In this document: one piece after another, positions 56,401 to 64,000 of the stretch
How positions within the stretch are numbered: position 1 is the stretch's first letter
Layout of the letters: each line of letters starts with the position of its first letter
Origin: Azolla caroliniana
Taxonomy: Eukaryota; Plantae; Polypodiophyta
Length of the DNA: 64,000 bases
Assembly (NCBI GenBank): GCA_043228905.1
Contig: JBHGNT010000002.1
Location: 12,028,001 to 12,092,000, forward strand
Direction: 5' to 3'
The notes under the pieces: model-generated
Told to the model about the DNA's origin: nothing
The model's input: the letters and a program-made list of their open reading frames with translations, nothing else
The model's database searches: none
Position numbers and translations under genes: made by a program

Positions 56401-58897
56401 ATAGCCCGATTACCACAAGACGTGGGCCACAAGAGCCCCCGAGCGATCAAAGCACATCACGGCGTAGCCCAAAGATGGAAAAAGGCAAGGCGAAAATGGC
56501 GGAATACGAAGACGATTGCTTCGATGACAATGAATCGACTCACTCACTCGATGGTGAGTTCGACAGCTTCGATGTACCAATCGGAGCTAAGAAAGCCCTC
56601 ATCTCTGCAAATGAAAAGCTCCATCACTCCACCCGTGAAAAGAATCTGGTCAACCGATTCGGCTACAACGACTACATGGCATATCACTATGCCTTTATGA
56701 TGAAGGTGGCGACAATACGCGAGCTGGAAACATTTTTCGAAGCAGCCAAGGATCCGCGATGGATCGAAGCCATGAACGAGGAGATGTAGGAACTACACAA
56801 GAACGAGACGTGGGATCTCGTTCCCATCTCACCACACAAAAAGGCGATCGGATGCAGATGGATTTACAAAGTGAAGTACAACACCGATGGTTCCGTCAAC
56901 CGCTACAAAACGCGACTCGTAACGAAAGGCTACGCCCAGACGCACGGAGTTGACTATGAGGAGACCTTTGCCCCGGTGGCAAAGATGACGACGGTACGGA
57001 CCGTAATTGCGCTTGCCGCGGCGAAAGGGTGGCACCTCCATCAAATGGACATGAAGAACGCCTTTCTACAAGGCGAATTAGAAGAGGAGGTGTACATGAT
57101 ACAACCACCCGACTTCAACTCGAGCACCCATCCGAAAGTTGTATGCCGACTCAAGAAGCCACTCTACGGCCTCAAGCAAGCACCGCATGCTTGGCATTCG
57201 CAGATAACGCAATATCTTCATCAAATCGGCTTCTGTGTGTCATAATTGAACAACTCCCTCTACATACAAAGCGATTCCACAAGTCCAATCGTCATCATCT
57301 TATATGTGGATGACCTAGTCATTGGAGGTGAGCATCTCGTCAAAATCAATAAGGTCAAATCGCTCCTTTCCGACAAGTTCGAGATGACGGACATGAAGGA
57401 GCTCCACTACTTCCTCGGCATCGAGGTAATTCGGACTCCGGCCAGAATCATCATCTCTCAAGGGCACTACATCCTCAACTTGTTATACAAGTTCAGGATG
57501 GCTGAGTGCAAATCCGCGGCAACCCCGCTCGATCGCAATCTCAAACTAGATGCGAACTCCGGCACCAAAGCGTGTGAGCCGACTCAGTATCGGCAACTCA
57601 TCAAGAGTCTCATCTACCTCACGATCACACGACCCGATCTCAGTTATCCGGTCGGTCTCCTTAGCCAATTCATGCAAACACCATGTGATACTCACTTGGA
57701 TTGCGCTAAGCGAGTTCTACGATACGTGAGTGGCACAATGGATTGCGGCATCCTCTACAAGACCGCGATGCCAATACGACTCGAGGGGTACACAAACGCT
57801 GATTGGGCCGGCTACAGATCAACCTCCGTATTTGTTTTTTCTCTCGACAGCGGAGCAATATCCTGGAGTAGCAAAAAGCAACCAATTGTCGCTCTTTCGA
57901 GCATAGAGGCGGAATACAGGGGCGCGGCAGTGGCCGCATGTGAAGTTGTATGGCTCAAAAGGATACTCAAGGATCTAGGCGTACCCATCAAGGATCCGAC
58001 TTCCCTTTACTGCGACAACATGAGCAGTATCTATCTGGTTCGGAACCCGGTGTTCCACACGCGAACAAAGCACATCGAAGTGCACTATCACTTCATCCGA
58101 GAGCGCGTTCTAGCTGGCAATGTCGACCTACAACACATTAACACAAATCTTCAAACGGCCGACATCTTCACTAAAGCCTTAGGAGCCGACAAGCTATGGC
58201 AATTCATGACCAATCTCGGATTGACGATCCCTGACCTGCCAAGCTTGAGGGGAAGTACTGAAGACACTACGCAATAACATGTGGATTCCGCAACCGCGCA
58301 ACAAAGCTGCGAAGAGCCGACCTACCGCGCAAAGCCACGAAGAAAGACGCAAGCCAAAACACAGACTTCGCAACTACGCACAATGCAAGCTGGAGCACGG
58401 ATTCCGCAACTTCGCATAAATGTGAGTCGACGTGAACTCCGGAACGCGAGTCGAAGCGGATTTTGGATACCGTCTAAAACCGACCCGACTTGAGCTTGAG
58501 GGGGTGTGTTGAGAATCAATCTCAACTTGATCTAGTGTGTGAACTCACCTTGAGAGTGAATAGACACTCCAACAGTCAAGAGTCACCATTATGTCACCAC
58601 TTTGTATTCTAGCATTTAGTATGAGTCATAGAATCATATTCTATGACACATGACTTATGAACTTTCACATTCCCCATGCTCCATGAGTCTTGTAGTTAAT
58701 GAAGACAGAGGGTGACTATATAAAGCACCCTCCTCCCACCTTGTATAACGTTGAGTCTTTCTCCTTTGTTAATATACTTTACCTTGCGTATTCTCCGTGT
58801 CTTACTCCTTGTCTCTCTCTCACACACACTCTCTCTCTCATACACACACAGTTCATATCTATTCCACTACACAAAATCCATCTTTTGATTCTTTACA
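53460..58897 (+). mobile_element. Full-length Ty1/copia element (5438 bp)
   Basis: 391-bp LTRs 53460-53850 and 58507-58897 (about 15 differences by eye), PBS TGGTATCAGAGC 53851-53862, PPT 58498-58506, perfect TSD ATTCC. Confidence 0.97.
54004..58277 (+). pseudogene. Copia gag-pol with multiple stops and frameshifts
   Basis: ORFs 54004..54726, 54754..55101, 55356..55868, 56130..56789, 56871..57245, 57246..58277. Confidence 0.93.
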
Positions 58898-59479
58898 ATT
58901 CCATACAAGCTAACTTAGATAACCAACATCACTTTCATGCATTGCAAACAACATGCGTGCCAAGTGGCAATTGCACATTGCATGATCCCATGCACTCCTC
59001 TTCGAACACTAAGGATCTAGGCATCAAGGAAAATGCATTCATTTCACAACTAATTGAGAAAGCTATGTCATCAAGAAAGGTTTTTCATCTCTCAAGATCG
59101 AAGTCAACCATTCAAGCAAAGTTAAGGTGTCATCATTATGTTAATAAGGAACATGGTTAAGGTGCAAAATATATTATTTTTTAAGATTGAAATCAACCCT
59201 TTGTGAAATATTGTGAAATTGGTAAGTAAAATCTTATATTCCCAATTAAAATATAATATATTTTTATTGTATACTCTCTCAATTCTATGTCTTTAATCCT
59301 ATGCTACCTCTATTATTTGTCTGTACTCGTATCTCTCCCTTTCTTTTACGAAATCTCCTAGTTCATAACCCTAGATGGTTCCAGTGCACCAATAATGAAC
59401 TCTATGGCAATGTCAACCTTAATAAACTCTAGTGGAAGTAGTCAACGAGAATTTTGCACAACTTACTACAATTTATTTT

Positions 59480-60520
59480 GAAGAATCCTAACAAGATATG
59501 TGAGGCATGGCAACTAGGCAAGCAACATATGCATCATTCCTAGCAAGAGGAATGCGAGTAAAGGCATACTCGATGTCATCCACTCATATGTGTGGGGCTT
59601 GGCTCAAAATGAGACATTCAACGAGTGTAGGTACTCCATTACATTCATACACTATTCTTTACAACATACTTGGATATGCCTAATGAAGATGAGAAGTGTC
59701 GCTTTCTCAAGTTAAAGAGTTGTGGAAAATGGAACAAATCACAATATTCTATGCTTTATGGTATGGTGATGGTCAATAATATTTCTCTGTTAGGTCACAA
59801 TCTATCTAGAATAGGAGGGGATTCATGGTGAATTCTCTTTCCAGTACGCACCTTAACAAACTTGTATTGTAGAGTGGAAGAATTGCACGATTCTTGAGAT
59901 GGCCCACACCATGTTGCAAGAGGAGAGAACATGCCAAAAATCTATTAGGTATCTAGGTAGTAATTACAATCGTATATTTCATCAATCATGGCGCGACAAA
60001 GGATGTCCATGAGATCCTCATTTGATACTCATTAGAGCAAAAAGGGTGTAGGTGTTTTCACCTTGCCATTCAACAATTGTGAAGAAACCAAGATGTGGTA
60101 TTTGATGAAATGACATCTTGGTATGCCCCAACACTAGTAACCTCCATCGTGGCCGAGACGAGTGGATTTGAAGCAAATTCCAGGAGTGAAGAAGATGAGA
60201 GGTTGAAGGCCATCATGGGTAGAGACGAAGATCCATATGTATCATCGAGCTATCAAAATATTGCCCAACATGAATAAATCTCTAATGTAGTGCTCAACAA
60301 CACACTTGTACAAAAACAAGAAAGGGCAAGCACTAGCCCACGAGCATGGCCTCTAGTGTCAGCCCTAATTAGTCACCCCGGTTGGTCAACAACAAGTATG
60401 GTGTGCCTATAATGAGTACACTGAGAGTAAAGAAGGCCCTAGAGGTGCCCAATGAAAAACTCCTCAATCGAGCTAATCGAAGACTCACCCCCACCCTCTC
60501 TAGTTCAAGACCCTGATGGC
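59480..60520 (+). pseudogene. Very decayed copia integrase relic
   Basis: ICEAWQLGKQH, ILDVIHSYVWGLAQ, DVVFDEMTSWY. Confidence 0.7.
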
Positions 60521-61409
60521 CCCACTCATGTTTTGCGCGCAAGTGCATGTTTTTGCAACAATGGATCATATTAATAACGAGCAAAAGAATAATATATTAA
60601 AGAGAATAATAGATTTAGGGTGCTTAGCCACACCGACCACCCTCGAGTGAAGGACATGAGATGAACATAAAATACCATCTGTGTCTCATACCACTAGCTA
60701 TTCCCTTATGTTATACCTTGTATGTTGAATAATGGGTCCGACGGAGTTTTGCCTCACCAATAGAATCTCGAAAACATCTCAAGTAATGAATGGGGGTAGC
60801 TAGTCCCCGTTGTATAGCTCAACATCTAAGGCTCCTTGAACCACTATGTGTTCCTAGATAGCATAGGTCCATATGGGTTTATCCCAATCTTCAGGATAAT
60901 GAATTTCGTGACTATCTTACTCTTAACCCATTAAAATTAGCTATACAATTTGTTTTTACGGTTATGTGTATAGTATTATGCATTGGAGAACATATGCAAT
61001 GGTAGAGAAATTAAATGTTGGGTTTTCACAAAACACCTCTTTGACACACTACTAGTATCCCCAAGTTCATTTGAGAAGAGTTTGAAAATGTGTGAAAACG
61101 GTTTCTCGAGACATTTCGTCACGCCAAGCTACAATTGCTCCTACTTTTTAAGTCTGTATCACTTTTCATTAAGATCATCATGTCTATGGAAAGGGTTTGT
61201 TTTGTACATACTCTATTAAAGCTAAAAATAACTTCACATTGACTTCCCAGATAATGCATAAAAAAATTCAAATGATACATAAAACAAATTTCCTTTCCTA
61301 GTTCTAGATGGATGCAAGATATGCAGAAATGGTGTGGAAAGTGGAGGCCCTCCAAAAGAAATGCCCTCCCTTCCTCTTTTTATTTCAGACCGTTTAAAAC
61401 GGAAGCCCG

Positions 61410-61745
61410 CCCAAGAGAAAGAGAAAGAGAAAGAGAAAGAGAAAGAGAGGCCAAGGCAGAGAGAGAAGAGAAGAGAGAACTCAGAAGAAAAGAGAAGAGA
61501 AACAGACAGACAGACAGACGGATCGAGCAACCAACGAACCAACGAACCAACCAACAAACCTCGGCTGCCTGCCTTCCTTCCTTCCCTCCCTTTTTTCTTT
61601 CTCTCTGTGTCTTTCTTTCCCTAGGCAGGGCTACACAACACGAACGAACGAACGAACGTACGTACTTACGTACGTACGTACGTCTCTCTCTCTCTCTCTC
61701 TCTCTCTGTCTGTCTTTCCACGCAGATACATACATATATAGACAG
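61410..61745. repeat. Compound microsatellite region upstream of the kinase ATG: (GAGAAA)n, (GACA)n, (CAAC)n, (CTTC)n, (GAAC)n, (CGTA)n, (CT)n
   Basis: Direct reading; likely promoter or 5' UTR. Confidence 0.85.
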
Positions 61746-61746
61746 A

Positions 61747-61929
61747 ATGATGAATCCAGCGAGAACCCCCTCTGCTTCTTCTCTGAAGCCTCTTCTTAGA
61801 TGGAGGAAAGGAGAGCTTATAGGTGTTGGCGCATTTGGCAGCGTTTACATGGGAATGAATCTTGACTCAGGGGAGCTTCTTGCTGTCAAACAAGTCCTCA
61901 TCTCTTCATCTTCAAGACAGAAGGCACAG
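61747..61929 (+). CDS. NPK1: NPK1/ANP-like MAP kinase kinase kinase, exon 1
   Basis: [33 protein letters not shown]; GT donor at 61930; start codon inferred. Confidence 0.9.
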
Positions 61930-62771
61930 GTACATCTTACGATTCCTACCTATTATATTATAGCATCACCTACTTACCTCTCTTTGTCTTTATTTATTTC
62001 CATGGGATATTTATTATACATTGGAAGATACCAACATTTTTGGTGAGCTATATGTTTTTTTTGCCTTTTTCTACCTTCCTAACCATTTTGAAGACATAAG
62101 AATGTTTTGTTCATTTCTTCTTCTTTTTTCTTGTAGCTGGAATGTTGGAAAATTATAGTGTGCTCGATGTTTTTATGCTTGTTTTGACATGATGTAAGTT
62201 TCTAATATTATTAAGCGATTAGATAATCTATTGGATAGTTTCTTGCTAGTTTTGAAACCGCAAGTCTACTAAAAGCGATCACACTTATATATAAATCACA
62301 TTTTCCTCTCTCGACGTTTTATGCTTGTCTTGGACATTAGTTTTGATCCAGACTGAAAGATTGTTTAAATATATTTCGTTGCCATGTTTTTCTTAATATG
62401 TATTATCCTGTGGACAATTTGTTGCTATGTTTTTCTTGAATTATGTCATATTCTGTGCTTGAATAATAGAGTGTGTGTTAGCTTCAAGTTTTGTCTTGTT
62501 TTGAAGAGTGGATTGTGCGAGATTTCTCTTATTTGAGGGATGTATATAGAACAATAGATAATTTGCTGCCATGTTGTGCTTGATCTATGCGTTTATTTGA
62601 TACACTTTTGCTACGTTGGGTGCATTATAAGATCTTGTGAGTTGTATACTTGCCGGAACAGTACTTAAAAGAGAATTATTCTATAGCAGAGGGATATTTA
62701 AAGATACTTTGTTGCCATGTTCTGCTCAAATTTATAATTGTTTCTGATTTTAGCTTTTCAATTGATATAAG

Positions 62772-62837
62772 GCACACCTCAAAGAACTTGAAGAAGAAGT
62801 CAAGCTGCTGAAAAATTTATCACACCCGAACATTGTG
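62772..62837 (+). CDS. NPK1: NPK1/ANP-like MAPKKK, exon 2
   Basis: AG|AHLKELEEEVKLLKNLSHPNIV|GTAAG, phase 0. Confidence 0.92.
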
Positions 62838-63173
62838 GTAAGGAATTTGTTCTATTAATATTATCATCATGTGTGCATCCTATTATCTCAAGATCTGGAA
62901 GCATTAATCTTGTGATCACCATGTATACATCTTTGTATATTCTAGGATCTGAATACATTGAGCTTGGTCTCACAGTACCTACCATATGTGCATCTTGGTA
63001 TATGGTTAAGATCTCAACCGATTCTTTTTGTTCTTGCCATGTCTGCAAGTTGCACCTTGTTATATTATCGGGATGTTGATGGATTCTTCTTGTTATTCTG
63101 TTTGGATATTCAAGTATTTTAGTGACTACTCATTTTTGTCATAATCTTTTTTTGTTTACACTTTGACCCCCAG

Positions 63174-63284
63174 AGGTACATGGGGACTGCAAGAGATGAA
63201 AATGTCCTTAACATATTCTTGGAGTTTGTTCCTGGGGGCTCCATTGCATCCCTTCTTAACAAGTTTGGACCTTTTCCGGAGCTG
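63174..63284 (+). CDS. NPK1: NPK1/ANP-like MAPKKK, exon 3
   Basis: CAG|[37 protein letters not shown]|GTAAAG. Confidence 0.93.
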
Positions 63285-63374
63285 GTAAAGAGAAAGAGGA
63301 GGTTAACTTATATGGCTCACACAAATGATGATACTGGGGTTGAACATGGTTTTGCATTCTGAATGCGTTCTCAG

Positions 63375-63455
63375 GTTATCAAGATGTACACCAGGCAAAT
63401 ATTGCAAGGGTTGGAGTACCTTCACAAAAATGCAATCATGCATCGAGATATCAAG
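63375..63455 (+). CDS. NPK1: NPK1/ANP-like MAPKKK, exon 4 (gene continues beyond window)
   Basis: CAG|[27 protein letters not shown]|GTTTG. Confidence 0.93.
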
Positions 63456-64000
63456 GTTTGTTTATCGAAAAATGTGTTCATGGAATTTGGATATATTACA
63501 TTATGATGCTACACTCATGTAATGAACCCCTGACATGTTTCATCCACAGTGTCTATCACATTTCCCTTTTGGACTGTACAGTGGTATCAATTCAAACATA
63601 GGCTTAGAAGTTAGTTTGATGAGTGTAGAATACACGATTATTGTGTATCCTAACTTGAGCTCAGAGAGCTTTGGATGCCACTGAAAGATTTAAATTAAGT
63701 GCGCCTTTAAGAAGAAATCTGCGAACTTTCAGTAGCAGCTCAAGAGCATCCAAGCTTGCAAAATGCACATATTTTATACAAAAAGGCTTCAGATTCTGTG
63801 TCCCATCTAAGATAAATGTATGCTGAGCACCATTTCTTTTTTTGTGTCCTCATTCCCAGTTTGTTGGTGATGAGGCCGTCTATGAGCAGAGGAAAAGTGT
63901 TGTATGTTTGCAAAGCAATAGACTATCCTAATTGTTTATCTATCTATCTATATGACGCATACATGCTTTCCATACATGGTTTAATGCATTTTATGGAGCA

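Noticed and set aside
35494-58902. Copia target preference for ATTC (TSDs GATTC/TATTC, TATTC, ATTCC)
   Set aside because: Other copia TSDs here (CATAC, CCTCG, ARTTA) do not fit; sample too small
58898-59470. Possible DNA transposon relic flanking the last copia (also 53164-53459)
   Set aside because: No terminal inverted repeats or recognisable transposase motif found
61930-62046. C-terminal part of ORF 61312..62046 as coding
   Set aside because: Read-through into intron 1; kinase homology resumes at 62772

Overview
Eukaryotic plant nuclear DNA; the element types suggest a non-flowering land plant such as a fern or lycophyte, but this is an inference. About 60 kb is nested retrotransposons, followed by the first four exons of an NPK1/ANP-like MAPKKK gene (from 61747). 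Three Ty1/copia elements are complete, with paired LTRs, PBS, PPT and TSD (35499-40983 Tork/Tnt1-like, 44153-49810, 53460-58897). Also present are several truncated copia elements, a near-complete non-chromoviral Ty3/gypsy element (17398-27687) with a ~1000-codon extra ORF, other gypsy and chromovirus relics, at least five TSD-bounded solo LTRs, and a 5'-truncated L1-type LINE with a 14-bp TSD and a long repeat-containing 3' region. The most unusual signal is in the 17.4-27.7 kb gypsy element. Where the polypurine tract should be, 2 nt from the 3' LTR, it carries a structured copy of a tRNA-Arg 3' end (a second, inverted PBS), suggesting PPT-independent plus-strand priming. All coordinates and comparisons were made by eye; no database searches were run.
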